In this document: piece by piece, positions 40,283 through 50,235 of the stretch
Layout of the letters: each line of letters starts with the position of its first letter
Position numbering within the stretch: position 1 is the first letter of the stretch
Assembly: GCA_016219325.1 (NCBI GenBank)
Contig: JACRNH010000024.1
Coordinates: forward strand, 1,789 to 65,788
Direction: 5' to 3'
DNA from: Candidatus Collierbacteria bacterium
GTDB lineage: Bacteria; Patescibacteriota; Microgenomatia; UBA1400; JACPES01
Length of the DNA stretch: 64,000 nt
Made by a program: the position numbers and the translations under genes
Notes under the pieces: model-generated
The model's input: only the letters and a program-made list of their open reading frames with translations
The model's database searches: none
What the model was told of the DNA's origin: nothing

Positions 40283-42488
40283 GAAATTTTTCAGCCGCTT
40301 ACCTATTCTAACCATTTTAACCATTTCAATAATTTCTTTATTTTACTTCAAACCAATTTGGAAAGACCGTTTAATTCCGTTTCCGGGGAATTTGCTGATT
40401 TCTTATTTTAGCCCATGGAAAGAAGAAAGTTGGCCGGGATATCCGACCGGAGTTCCGCGCAAAGGCTTATTGGGATTTGATACGGTCCGGATGATGGGCC
40501 CATGGCGAAATTTTATTACCAAAGAACTCAAGTCGAGTCGTTTCCCATCCTGGAATCCGCATCAGTTTGGAGGCACGCCGATGTCAGCCAATTACCAGTC
40601 AGCTCTTTTTTTTCCTCCCAATTTAATTTATCTTATCCTGCCTTTTTACGTCGCTTGGACGATTTTAATCATCTCTCAACCAATCCTCGCTGCGACCGGA
40701 ATGTATTTGTTGCTTAAAGCATTATTTAATGTTTCTCTATCAACGCATCAACGCATTAACGCATTAACTATTACGTTTCTTTCTTTTATGTACGGTTTCT
40801 CCGCCTGGATGTCAGTTTGGATTGAGTGGAATATTCACGGTTTTGTCTATGCGTTACTTCCGTTCGGGCTGCTTTTTATCCATAAAAGAAAAACTATCTT
40901 AACCATCTTAACTATTTCATTTATTATCTTTGCCGGTCACCCCCAAATGGCCCTGATCGGAATTTCGGCTTTGGCAATATTCGTCATGATTGGGAAAAAG
41001 TTTAAATGGTTTATAACAGTTATGTCAGTTGTTTTGTTGATTACTTCAGTCCAATGGTTCCCGTCTTTGAAATACTACCAACAAGCTAGCCGCGAAAAAC
41101 AATCAAGCGAATTTGTGTACGAAAATACTCTTTTGCCATGGAAACAGTTGTCTCAATTGATCGTCCCTAATTTTTTCGGAAATCCGGCCACGGGTAATTT
41201 TTCCGGTAAACTGGATTTTTTGGAATCCACGGCATATTCAGGAATAGCGATATTAGGGCTTGCGATGATTGGATTGTTGGCAAAAAACAAAAAATCCCGC
41301 GGAGCGGGATCCCGCTCTGCGGGACAAGAAACAAGAAACTTTGCGATTATTCTCTTAGTGTTGATTTCGGTTTTGGTCCTCCCGAACCCAATTTCGCTCT
41401 TGATCGGTAAACTTAATATTCCGATTTTGTCGACTTCTGTTGCCAGCCGTTGGCTGATGCTTTTGCCTCTGGGGCTAACATTGCTTGCTGCTGTTGGTAT
41501 CACCGAATTTTTTTCAAATAAAGCCTGGCCTCGCGAAGCAAGGCCAGGCCTTTATACGCCATCAATACTTCTGATTTCAATTATCGGTCTCTGGATATAC
41601 GCTTTATTTTTTCCCCCGGAATTCCGTTCTGTTTCATTCAGAAATTTGATAATCCCCACCGTTATTGCCGGATTGTTTTTCTTAACATTTTTATTCAAGT
41701 TTGCCGATCGGCAGTCTGGGATGAAAGTTTTCTTATTAACTTTGTATATTTTATCTATCGGGGAGCTGATTTTATTCGGTTGGAAAACAATGCCCTATAC
41801 CGAAAAACGGTTTATTTATCCGGTAACGCCAGTTTTGGAAAAATTACAGGAGTTTTCCCGCGATGGCAGTCGTTTTGCCGCGACAGATGGCAGCGTGATT
41901 GACTCTAATTTTGCCACTTATTATGGGTTGTACGATTTATCGGGTTATGACGCCTTATACCCGAGGAAAATAGGCGAGTTGGTTTGGTCGGCCGCCAACA
42001 ATGGAAAGCCCGTCAAAGATTTTTCCAGATCAACAGTAGTAGTTCCCACAAAACAATCAGACGCCAGAAATAATCTGTGGAATTTAAGCGGTGTCCGCTG
42101 GATCATCAATAAGGATGATATGTTGGCTGAACATCCGGGTCAAAGATCCAGCGATTTGTCTTCTGATTTCGAACTTATCTGGGAAGAGGGGAAGTGGCAA
42201 ATTTATAAAAACACTAAAGTGTATTCTCGTGCATTTTTTACTACTGACATCTCCCAAATCCCCCCAATCTCCTTAATCACCCCGGCTGAAATAGTTTCCT
42301 CTCAATCAAATCTTGTAGAAATAACAGTCGATGCCCCAAGTGACGGATATCTGGTTTTAACGGATACTTTTTATCCGGGATGGAAAGCAACGGTTGACGG
42401 CAATGCTGTGGAAATTATACCGGCTTTTAGAGCTTTCAGGGCTGTTCAAGTTTTAAGGGGTAGCCATGCTGTAAGATTTAATTTATGA
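40281..42488 (+). CDS. YfhO-family membrane protein (GT-C-type glycosyltransferase)
   Basis: FPGNLLISYFSPWKEESWPG...WNPHQFGGTPMSANYQSALFFPPN is the YfhO N-terminal pattern. Start at MKFFSRLP. It carries family-B and family-C insertions. Confidence 0.65.
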   Translation: MKFFSRLPILTILTISIISLFYFKPIWKDRLIPFPGNLLISYFSPWKEESWPGYPTGVPRKGLLGFDTVRMMGPWRNFITKELKSSRFPSWNPHQFGGTPMSANYQSALFFPPNLIYLILPFYVAWTILIISQPILAATGMYLLLKALFNVSLSTHQRINALTITFLSFMYGFSAWMSVWIEWNIHGFVYALLPFGLLFIHKRKTILTILTISFIIFAGHPQMALIGISALAIFVMIGKKFKWFITVMSVVLLITSVQWFPSLKYYQQASREKQSSEFVYENTLLPWKQLSQLIVPNFFGNPATGNFSGKLDFLESTAYSGIAILGLAMIGLLAKNKKSRGAGSRSAGQETRNFAIILLVLISVLVLPNPISLLIGKLNIPILSTSVASRWLMLLPLGLTLLAAVGITEFFSNKAWPREARPGLYTPSILLISIIGLWIYALFFPPEFRSVSFRNLIIPTVIAGLFFLTFLFKFADRQSGMKVFLLTLYILSIGELILFGWKTMPYTEKRFIYPVTPVLEKLQEFSRDGSRFAATDGSVIDSNFATYYGLYDLSGYDALYPRKIGELVWSAANNGKPVKDFSRSTVVVPTKQSDARNNLWNLSGVRWIINKDDMLAEHPGQRSSDLSSDFELIWEEGKWQIYKNTKVYSRAFFTTDISQIPPISLITPAEIVSSQSNLVEITVDAPSDGYLVLTDTFYPGWKATVDGNAVEIIPAFRAFRAVQVLRGSHAVRFNL

Positions 42489-43183
42489 AAATTTCAATTA
42501 TTATTCCGGTATTTAACGAAGAAAAAACAATCGCCAAAATCATCAGACAGATTAATAATGTAATCGGATTCCGGAAAGAAATTATAGTTGTTGATGATGC
42601 TTCGGTTGATGGAACATCTGGAGTTATAAAAGATATCCTTCGACTTCGCTCAGGACAAGTAAAGGATATAACTGTTATTAAACATAAAATTAATCAGGGC
42701 AAGGGCGCTGCGATTAGAACCGGAATTGCTAAAGCTACCGGCGATTATGTTTTGGTTCAGGATGCTGATTTGGAATACGATCCGCAGGATATTTTATCAA
42801 TGATCAAACCTATTAGCCAGGGGAAAGCGGAGGTCGTCTACGGTTCGCGGTTTACAGGACCGAGACGGAATATGTTTTTTTGGCATTGGATGGGAAATCA
42901 ATTATTGACACTTATAACCAATATTCTTTACAACACAACACTTTCAGATATGGAAACTTGTTATAAATTAATTCCCTTAAGATTAATTAAGTCTTTAAAT
43001 TTGAAAGCTCAAAGGTTTGAATTTGAACCTGAAGTAACCGCTAAAATTTTAAAAAGAAATATCAGAATTTGGGAAGTTCCGATTTCTTACGCCGGACGCG
43101 AATATCATGAGGGCAAAAAAATTACCTGGAAAGACGGGATACCGGCCCTGTGGACATTGATAAAGGAACGGATAACTCCGTAA
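42485..43183 (+). CDS. Polyprenol-phosphate glycosyltransferase (GT2, DPM1-like)
   Basis: ISIIIPVFNEEKTI...VVDDASVDGT. Confidence 0.8.
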   Translation: MKISIIIPVFNEEKTIAKIIRQINNVIGFRKEIIVVDDASVDGTSGVIKDILRLRSGQVKDITVIKHKINQGKGAAIRTGIAKATGDYVLVQDADLEYDPQDILSMIKPISQGKAEVVYGSRFTGPRRNMFFWHWMGNQLLTLITNILYNTTLSDMETCYKLIPLRLIKSLNLKAQRFEFEPEVTAKILKRNIRIWEVPISYAGREYHEGKKITWKDGIPALWTLIKERITP

Positions 43184-43275
43184 TGAGTAAGAAGTAAGGA
43201 GTAATGAGTAATGAAAAGCACAAAAATAAATATCCAATCATTATTTTCTACTCATTATTTCTTACTCATTATTTT
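43180..43275. repeat. Family-D 'GTAATGA' palindrome at a cistron junction
   Basis: gtaatgagtaagaagtaaggagtaatgagtaatgaa...tcattattttctactcattatttcttactcattatt. Confidence 0.8.
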
Positions 43276-44623
43276 TTCTTTTCCCCTCCTCTTCAACCTC
43301 TTCCGTCCCGGCTTCTATTCTTCCGACGACGGCCAATGGATGGCAATCAGATTAACCGCCTTCCATGAGTCTTTCCGTTCAGGTCAAATTCCGGTCAGAT
43401 GGATGTCCAGATTGAATCATGAGTACGGTTATCCGGTGACAAACTTTTTATACCCATTGCCATTTTACTTGGCGGAACCTTTTTACGTTTTATCCGGAGA
43501 TCCGGTATTGGCTATTAAAATCATTATGGGCTTGTCTGTGATCAGCATGGCTTTTGGATCATTTGTCTTATTTAAAAGATGGGGAACGATTGCCGGAGCC
43601 GCCGGAGCTTTAGCTTATGTTTATTCTCCGTATATCGCTTACAATCTTTATACCCGCGGTTCATTGGGAGAATTGGCGGCCTTAGGAATTGTGCCGTGGA
43701 TCTTTTGGGCGCTTTCCCATAACCGATTTCTTTTATCGTCTATTTTTATCGCTGGTTTGATTACTGCTCATAATGTAGTCGCCGCGGTCTTTTTGCCCCT
43801 TATAGTCTTTTATAATATTTATAACAATTATCCTGCGAAGCAGGACCCTGCTCTGCGGGGTAAAAATTATAAAATACAAGCGGTATCTTCATTAATTTTG
43901 GCCTTAGTTTTAAGTTCCTTCTTCTGGCTTCCTGCTCTCTATGAATACCGTTTTGTCAGAGCTTCTCAAATTTCAGTCTCAGATTTCGGCAACGAATATC
44001 TCTCTTTGCAAAAAGCATTTCAGCGGACTGGTCCGGTTTCAGTTTTAGCCAATTTTGGATTACCGTTATTTTTTCTAACGGAGAATTCCAAATGGTTTTG
44101 GGACTTATTTAAGCCTTTGCAGATAATCCAATTCCCGTGGCGGTTTTTAAGCCTATTCGCCTTTTCCTCTTCAACGGTCGTAGCATTATTGATTTATGTA
44201 TCAAGAAAAAATAGGTTTACGCAGTATAGCTTTATAACCTTTATAATCTTTATTTCTGCTTCCTCTTTTTTATCCCCCAAGTCTTTTATCGATCTCCCTC
44301 CAAGTTACTATCAAACCAACGATGATAGCACCACAGTCAGAAGCGAATACACTCCGGTTTGGGTAAAAAATTTACCCCTTAACCGTTCTGAATTTCCGGT
44401 TAAACATTTTTATCCGGGATTAAAGCTGTTTGTTAATGGGATTGAACAACCGGCAAATTTAAATTCAGATAACGGAGAATTAAAGCCTTTAGATTCAAGA
44501 GATAATAACAGGATTAAATTTATTTGGAGTGAAGCGCCCTTGAGAGTGATAGCGGATCTGATATCGGTTACAGGACTACTTACTGTCCTGTTTTTGTTTA
44601 AGCGACAACAGTATAAATATTAA
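43211..44623 (+). CDS. Polytopic membrane protein, 'FPVRW' paralog family (copy 1)
   Basis: GQIPVRWMSRLNHEYGYPVTNFLYPL. It carries a family-C insertion (AKQDPALRGK). Confidence 0.55.
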   Translation: MKSTKINIQSLFSTHYFLLIIFSFPLLFNLFRPGFYSSDDGQWMAIRLTAFHESFRSGQIPVRWMSRLNHEYGYPVTNFLYPLPFYLAEPFYVLSGDPVLAIKIIMGLSVISMAFGSFVLFKRWGTIAGAAGALAYVYSPYIAYNLYTRGSLGELAALGIVPWIFWALSHNRFLLSSIFIAGLITAHNVVAAVFLPLIVFYNIYNNYPAKQDPALRGKNYKIQAVSSLILALVLSSFFWLPALYEYRFVRASQISVSDFGNEYLSLQKAFQRTGPVSVLANFGLPLFFLTENSKWFWDLFKPLQIIQFPWRFLSLFAFSSSTVVALLIYVSRKNRFTQYSFITFIIFISASSFLSPKSFIDLPPSYYQTNDDSTTVRSEYTPVWVKNLPLNRSEFPVKHFYPGLKLFVNGIEQPANLNSDNGELKPLDSRDNNRIKFIWSEAPLRVIADLISVTGLLTVLFLFKRQQYKY

Positions 44624-46264
44624 GGCAAAAATTGAGATAGCATCAGCAGCATTTCTTAGTAGCGTTTCCGACCAATGGATTTGTAGAATATGTTCTCCGG
44701 GAGGAATATTAACGCTTATCAGTCCGAATTTATTGTCAGGATTTTGTTTTACGGGAATGGATAAAGGATAAAAATTGTTGTCAACATAAATTTTCCAGCC
44801 GGGATAGTAGATAGTGTTAATTTTGACGCCGTATGTTTGTTTGGTTTTATTGTAAATCCTGAATTTATAATTTCGGTTTTCCAGGGACAATTCTTCAATT
44901 TTAATATTAGGGCAAGACATGTTATCTTTCGGCAATAGGACTTGGGCTTTTTTCTCATATTCAGGCGGTAAATTTTCACTCCAAATAGGAGTTACTTCAT
45001 TGGATGGATTGCCGACTCCAAACAGCAGTTGATAAAATCCGGTAATATCATTGTCGTAATATCTGTCAAAAACTGCCGGCCGGAAATGATTCCGGTTGCC
45101 GTATATGGCCAGGATTATTAATCCTGATCCCGCCAGCCATTTTAGCCAGCCAAGTTTAAGTTTAGGCAGAATTTCTATCGAGAAAGCGCCCGTCACCGCG
45201 GCCCCGAAAACAAGAATTGCGGTTAACCGGTTTGGGAATTGAATGGTTTTCATTAAGGGGATCCAGTTCCAAATCGGAATTGAGATTTTAAGCATCAGAA
45301 AAAAAGTAATAAATGAGATTATGGTCAGAATTTTTGCCGGAAAATAAAGTTTTTTATTGAATAAAACAAAAATTGCGGATAATAATAAGGCAATGATTTG
45401 AGCAAACCCGATCATGGGCGAGACTCCGTCTTTAGTTCCGTTCAAGGAAAACCCATATCCCCATGCCTGATATAAATATGATTTCAGCGGCGGGAAATTA
45501 TTAACTGCGTCATAGACCGGTTGTTGGCCCTGATGCGTCCATCTGGTTTCATACACTGCCGGCAACCAAAAATATGCCGAGATAGCCAGTCCTCCGATGA
45601 ACATTAAAATTATGTGTTTTAAGGAAGCCTGTTTTTTTGAAAGATATGTCCATAAAAATAAAATTGGAGTGAATAATAAAGAGGTGACATTATGAGCGAT
45701 AATCAGCGTTCCATAGGCTAATGATCCAAGCAGTAAATGCCGTTTTTGACCGGAAATTCCCGCTTTAGCGGCTGCCAAAAATGCGACCGGAAGAGCCAAA
45801 AAGACAAGAGATTCCGCCCACCTTCCTGTTACGAACATTGAAACGAACCTAAACGGAGCATATATATATAGTATGGATCCGGCAATAGCACTGAATTGGC
45901 CAACCCAAAGCCTCAAAAATAAGTACATAACAATTCCTGATCCAACGAAAGCCAATCCTAAAACCAGTTTCATGGAATCAACTAATGTAAAATCCATTAG
46001 GTGGAAAAATTCCCCGGAGTAATAAAGCAAGGGATAATAGAAATTAAAAATAGGGTATCCATAGCGGTGATTGGCGGTTTCGCTCCATCTGACCGGAAAT
46101 TGGCCGGACATTAATTCCTGATCAAACCAATGGAGTCGGATGACGTGCAGCCGGCCGTCGTGAGCTTCAAATAGCCCCGGTTTAATCAAAGTTTGTAAAG
46201 GCGGCAGGGAAATCAGTACAATAAGCAGAATGGCGAAGAGACTTATCTTATTTATACTTTTCAT
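44576..46264 (-). CDS. Polytopic membrane protein, 'FPVRW' paralog family (copy 2, inverted)
   Basis: GQFPVRWSETANHRYGYPIFNFYYPL. Its 3' end overlaps copy 1 by 48 nt and its 5' end overlaps copy 3 by 35 nt. Confidence 0.55.
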   Translation of the reverse strand: MKSINKISLFAILLIVLISLPPLQTLIKPGLFEAHDGRLHVIRLHWFDQELMSGQFPVRWSETANHRYGYPIFNFYYPLLYYSGEFFHLMDFTLVDSMKLVLGLAFVGSGIVMYLFLRLWVGQFSAIAGSILYIYAPFRFVSMFVTGRWAESLVFLALPVAFLAAAKAGISGQKRHLLLGSLAYGTLIIAHNVTSLLFTPILFLWTYLSKKQASLKHIILMFIGGLAISAYFWLPAVYETRWTHQGQQPVYDAVNNFPPLKSYLYQAWGYGFSLNGTKDGVSPMIGFAQIIALLLSAIFVLFNKKLYFPAKILTIISFITFFLMLKISIPIWNWIPLMKTIQFPNRLTAILVFGAAVTGAFSIEILPKLKLGWLKWLAGSGLIILAIYGNRNHFRPAVFDRYYDNDITGFYQLLFGVGNPSNEVTPIWSENLPPEYEKKAQVLLPKDNMSCPNIKIEELSLENRNYKFRIYNKTKQTYGVKINTIYYPGWKIYVDNNFYPLSIPVKQNPDNKFGLISVNIPPGEHILQIHWSETLLRNAADAISIFALIFILLSLKQKQDSK

Positions 46265-47792
46265 TCTTTTATTGAGTATACCAGCGGTTTGGCCGATAGT
46301 CGCCCCCGGATTTTTTCCGGTTCATGATGACGCGCAGGCCGCCAGGGTTCAGCAAATGTATGTGGCTTTACGGGGCGGGCAGTTTCCGGTCAGATGGGTG
46401 CCTGATTTGGGATACGGGTATGGATATCCGATTTTTAATTTCTATAATCCCCTGCCATATTATTTCGGAGCCGGTTTTATGTTTATTGGATTTAATGTTT
46501 TAACGGCTACGAAGTTAATGTATGTTTTTCCGGTTTTTTTATCCGGGATAACAATGTTTATTTTTTCAAGACTTGTATTGTCTAACGCTGCTTCCGCCTT
46601 GGCCGGGATTCTTTATGTCTATGCTCCATATCACGCGGTCCAAATTTATGTCAGGGGATCGGTAGCCGAGTATTGGGCTTACGCCATACTGCCTTTGGTT
46701 TTTTATGCTCTTTGGAAAAGAAAAATTATTATCGGTTCTTTGTCATTGGCGGCTTTGATTCTATCTCACAATTTAACCGCGTTTATGTCAATCCCTTTTG
46801 TAGTATTGTTATTCTTCATCTCTTTTCGTCATTGCGAGGAGCGTAGCGACGCGGCAATCTCAAAATCAAAGACGGAATTGCCATATTCTCTTTTGATATT
46901 TGTAGTGACTATTGCGTTAGGGATTGGTCTTAGTGTTTTTTTCTGGCTGCCGGCAACCATAGAAATTGGTAAAACTCAAGTATCGCAAATGGTATTTGAA
47001 AAATTTGACCCGCCTTCAAAACATGTGGCTTATCCGCTGCAGCTCTGGTCTGGCGTTTGGGGCTATGGCGGATCTTCGCCGGGCATTGACGATGGATTAT
47101 CTTTTCAAGTTGGGAAAATCCACTTAATTGGTAGTTTGACCGCATTTTTAATATATCTAGGATATATTCTTAAAAAGATAACCAATCATTCCAGTCTTTT
47201 TAGCCTTTCTAACCTTTTTAACCATTTTAACCATTTAATCTTCTTTTCCATCGTCGGCCTCGTCTTTTCTATTTTCATGCTACTGCCGCCGTCCCGACCA
47301 ATTTGGGATGCGTTTCCGGTTCTTTCTTATATCCAATTTCCGTGGCGTTTCCTGACATTCGCCTCTCTATTTAGTTCTTTATTAACAGCTTGGGCTATAG
47401 ATGCGTTCGCAATTCGCAATTCGCGACCCGTAATCCGTTATTCACTACTTACTGCTTACTGCTTACTGCTTACTGCTTACTCCCTCCCTTTTTTCCAGCC
47501 CAAATTTAAATTTCCCATTACGGTTGATCAGCTAATCTCCCGCGAAAAATTAATCTGGGATTATTCTAAAATTTCCGACGAGTATTTGCCGAAAGGCTTT
47601 GCTCCGCCTGTAAACGCCGAAGTCGCTTTAAGAATTGACAATCAGCAAAATAAATTGTTGGTTGACGAGCTAAAAGCGCTAACGCCTGTTAGGCAAACGG
47701 CAAATTTAATAAGTTTATTTTCAGTTTTAACTTTTATAACCTTTATAATTGTCATTTCAATAAAAAAACATGGACAAAATATTTCAGGTTAA
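46230..47792 (+). CDS. Polytopic membrane protein, 'FPVRW' paralog family (copy 3)
   Basis: GQFPVRWVPDLGYGYGYPIFNFYNPL. It contains an in-frame family-A insertion (SFRHCEERSDAAISKSK) and a CTTACTG heptamer array. Confidence 0.55.
   Translation: MAKRLILFILFILLLSIPAVWPIVAPGFFPVHDDAQAARVQQMYVALRGGQFPVRWVPDLGYGYGYPIFNFYNPLPYYFGAGFMFIGFNVLTATKLMYVFPVFLSGITMFIFSRLVLSNAASALAGILYVYAPYHAVQIYVRGSVAEYWAYAILPLVFYALWKRKIIIGSLSLAALILSHNLTAFMSIPFVVLLFFISFRHCEERSDAAISKSKTELPYSLLIFVVTIALGIGLSVFFWLPATIEIGKTQVSQMVFEKFDPPSKHVAYPLQLWSGVWGYGGSSPGIDDGLSFQVGKIHLIGSLTAFLIYLGYILKKITNHSSLFSLSNLFNHFNHLIFFSIVGLVFSIFMLLPPSRPIWDAFPVLSYIQFPWRFLTFASLFSSLLTAWAIDAFAIRNSRPVIRYSLLTAYCLLLTAYSLPFFQPKFKFPITVDQLISREKLIWDYSKISDEYLPKGFAPPVNAEVALRIDNQQNKLLVDELKALTPVRQTANLISLFSVLTFITFIIVISIKKHGQNISG
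46827..46860. repeat. Family-A variant inserted in frame inside a CDS
   Basis: cgtcattgcgaggagcgtagcgacgcggcaatct. Confidence 0.75.
47444..47482. repeat. Heptanucleotide tandem array (CTTACTG)x5 inside a CDS
   Basis: cttactgcttactgcttactgcttactgcttactc encodes LLTAYCLLLTAY. A (GCAATTC) x2-3 array also lies at 47405-47425. Confidence 0.8.
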
Positions 47793-49239
47793 GCAAAAAA
47801 CAGTTAAAGGGTTGATAGCTTTGACCGTCAGGACGGGCTTATTGCAAGTGATAGCAGTTGTTGCCACTTTTGTTTTGACGGTATTTCTGGATCCGGCCCA
47901 GTTCGGAGTTTTCGCGATAGTTGCCGCCGCTGTGGATATTTTGGTGTATTTTTCTGATATTGGATTAGCCGGAGCTTTGATCCAAAAACAGGAGGTAAAT
48001 GATGAAGACCTAGCGACAACATTTACGATTCAGCAAACATTAAGTTTAGTTTTGTTAGGGATTGGGTTTATAGCCGGCAGTTTGGTTGCCAATATTTATT
48101 CTCTGTCTGCCGCCGGCATTTGGTTATTTAGGGCATTATTGATTTCGGTTTTTTTATCAGGTTTAAAAACTATCCCCAGCGTTTTATTGGAAAGAAAACT
48201 GGACTTTGTCAAAGTAGCCACAGTCCAAATAATCGAAACCGTAATTTTTTACGGGTTAGCGGTGATTTTGGCCTGGAGAGGTTTTGGGATTAGCAGTTTT
48301 ACCGCTGCGGTATTAGTAAGGAGTTTAATCGGGCTGATAATGATTTATCTTTTGGCGCCATGGAAGCCTAAAATAGGGTTCAACAAAGTATCTTTCAAAA
48401 AATTAGCATCTTTCGGAATGCCGTTTCAGCTCAATAGTCTTTTAGGATTAGTTAAAGACAGAATGCTCGTCGCTTATTATGGGGCAATCCTATCTCCTTC
48501 TAATGTAGGATATTTGCAGTGGGCGGAAAGGTGGTCATTGTTTCCGTTAAGGATGGTGGTAGACAATGTGTCTAAAGTCACGTTTCCGGCCTATTCCAGA
48601 CTGCAGGAGGAACGTGATCATTTAGCTAAAGCGATTGAAAAGTCTATTTTCTTTACCGCGCTGTTTATCTTTCCGATTTTAATCGGATTATTGGTTTTTG
48701 CCCCGGTCGCTTTAATGGTGATTCCAAGATATCAAAAATGGCAGCCGGCGCTTTTAGCGCTGGGCCTATTTTCAATTAATGCCATGTGGTCTTCGGTTTC
48801 AACCACAATAACAAACGCCTTCGCGGCTATGGGAAAGATTAAAATTAATCTTAAATTGATGTTAATGTGGACGGCGTTGACATGGATTTTGACTCCGTTG
48901 CTGATGTCAAAATACGGTTACAACGGTGTTGCTTTGGCTTCGGCCATAGTTGCTTCGTCTTCAATAATCCCTATGATAATCCTTCAGAAAATGTTGCCGG
49001 TAAAATTGCTATCTAACATCTGGCCGCAGTTAGTCAGCGCCCTAACAATGGGGTTAGTAATCCGTTACGTTAATCTAAATTTACCATTTACTATTTACTA
49101 TTTACTATTTACCGTTCTCCTCGGTGCTATACTTTATGGAGCTTTTCTGATGATGTTAATTCCTAAAAAGGTGGTTGCGGAAATAAGGTCTGTCAAAAAG
49201 ATGTTGCGTCATTCCGGACTTGATCCGGAATCTATATAG
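47770..49239 (+). CDS. Wzx-like oligosaccharide/polysaccharide flippase (MOP superfamily)
   Basis: It is about 490 aa with 12 or more TM segments and the polysaccharide-biosynthesis-protein pattern. The C-terminus is supplied by a family-A repeat. It also contains a TTTACTA x4 array. Confidence 0.65.
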   Translation: MDKIFQVKQKTVKGLIALTVRTGLLQVIAVVATFVLTVFLDPAQFGVFAIVAAAVDILVYFSDIGLAGALIQKQEVNDEDLATTFTIQQTLSLVLLGIGFIAGSLVANIYSLSAAGIWLFRALLISVFLSGLKTIPSVLLERKLDFVKVATVQIIETVIFYGLAVILAWRGFGISSFTAAVLVRSLIGLIMIYLLAPWKPKIGFNKVSFKKLASFGMPFQLNSLLGLVKDRMLVAYYGAILSPSNVGYLQWAERWSLFPLRMVVDNVSKVTFPAYSRLQEERDHLAKAIEKSIFFTALFIFPILIGLLVFAPVALMVIPRYQKWQPALLALGLFSINAMWSSVSTTITNAFAAMGKIKINLKLMLMWTALTWILTPLLMSKYGYNGVALASAIVASSSIIPMIILQKMLPVKLLSNIWPQLVSALTMGLVIRYVNLNLPFTIYYLLFTVLLGAILYGAFLMMLIPKKVVAEIRSVKKMLRHSGLDPESI

Positions 49240-49243
49240 ATAA
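49207..49243. repeat. Family-A hairpin repeat (forms the 3' end of the flippase gene)
   Basis: cgtcattccGGACTTGATCCggaatctatatagataa. Confidence 0.8.
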
Positions 49244-49250
49244 TTTTTCT

Positions 49251-50198
49251 ATGAAACAAGCACTTTCTGTAGTTTTTTCTGTCCACAACGAAGAAAAGCT
49301 GATCGAGGAAGCCCTGAAATCAGTCAGCCGGATAGCGGATGAAATTATTGTTGTAGATAATGAATCAACTGATAAAACAATTCAAATAGCTAAAAAGTAC
49401 ACAAAAAATATCTATGTACACAAAAATACCCCAAATTCTTTGAATACTCCTAAAAATTACGGTTTTTCCAAAGCGAAAGGTGATTGGATTTTGTCTTTGG
49501 ACGCCGACGAGCGCGTTTCCCCCGATCTTGCAGAGGAAATTATGGGAAGTTTGCGAAACTTCCCACAATCAACTGGCGTTTCGCAAACTTCTGTTAACGG
49601 GTATTGGATGCCGAGAAAAAATATTGTTTTTGGTAAGTGGATACAGCACGGGATTTGGTATCCGGATAAACAGTTGAGATTATTCCGTCGCGGGAAAGGT
49701 AAATTTCCGGAGAAACATAATCATGAATATTTAGAAGTAACTGATGGATTGGGTGAATTAAAAAATCATTTGATCCATCAAAACTATCAAACAATAGTCC
49801 AGTTTGTGGATAAAATGAATCATGCGTATACGGATAATGAGGCAGAGGTTTTGCTGGCTTCCGGTAAAAAATTAGAATGGCTTGACGCTATCAGAATGCC
49901 TGTTTCTGATTTCATTCTTAACTTTTTCCGCCGCCAGTCGTATAAAGATGGGCTTCACGGTTTGATCTTATCTTCACTTCAGGCTTTTTATGCTCTTCTG
50001 GTATTTGCAAAAGCATGGGAGCGGCAGGGGTTTTGGGAATACGACTCAAAAGATTTTGCCCGTGATGTCAAGATTGAGTTAAAAAATAAGGGGCAAGAAT
50101 TTTCCTGGTGGTACACTAAAGAAATTATTCCTTGGTTTTTAAAACCAAAACAAATTGCGAAGAAACTAATTAATCAAATAAGGCCTGGCCTTGCCTAG
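49251..50198 (+). CDS. Family-2 glycosyltransferase
   Basis: LSVVFSVHNEEKLI...VVDNESTDKT and the DAD motif are present. The stop lies inside a family-B palindrome. Confidence 0.75.
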   Translation: MKQALSVVFSVHNEEKLIEEALKSVSRIADEIIVVDNESTDKTIQIAKKYTKNIYVHKNTPNSLNTPKNYGFSKAKGDWILSLDADERVSPDLAEEIMGSLRNFPQSTGVSQTSVNGYWMPRKNIVFGKWIQHGIWYPDKQLRLFRRGKGKFPEKHNHEYLEVTDGLGELKNHLIHQNYQTIVQFVDKMNHAYTDNEAEVLLASGKKLEWLDAIRMPVSDFILNFFRRQSYKDGLHGLILSSLQAFYALLVFAKAWERQGFWEYDSKDFARDVKIELKNKGQEFSWWYTKEIIPWFLKPKQIAKKLINQIRPGLA

Positions 50199-50214
50199 CA
50201 AGGCCAGGCCTTTA
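50180..50214. repeat. Family-B palindromic element
   Basis: aaggcctggccttgcctagcaaggccaggccttta. Confidence 0.85.
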
Positions 50215-50235
50215 TAAACACATTTAAACACATTT

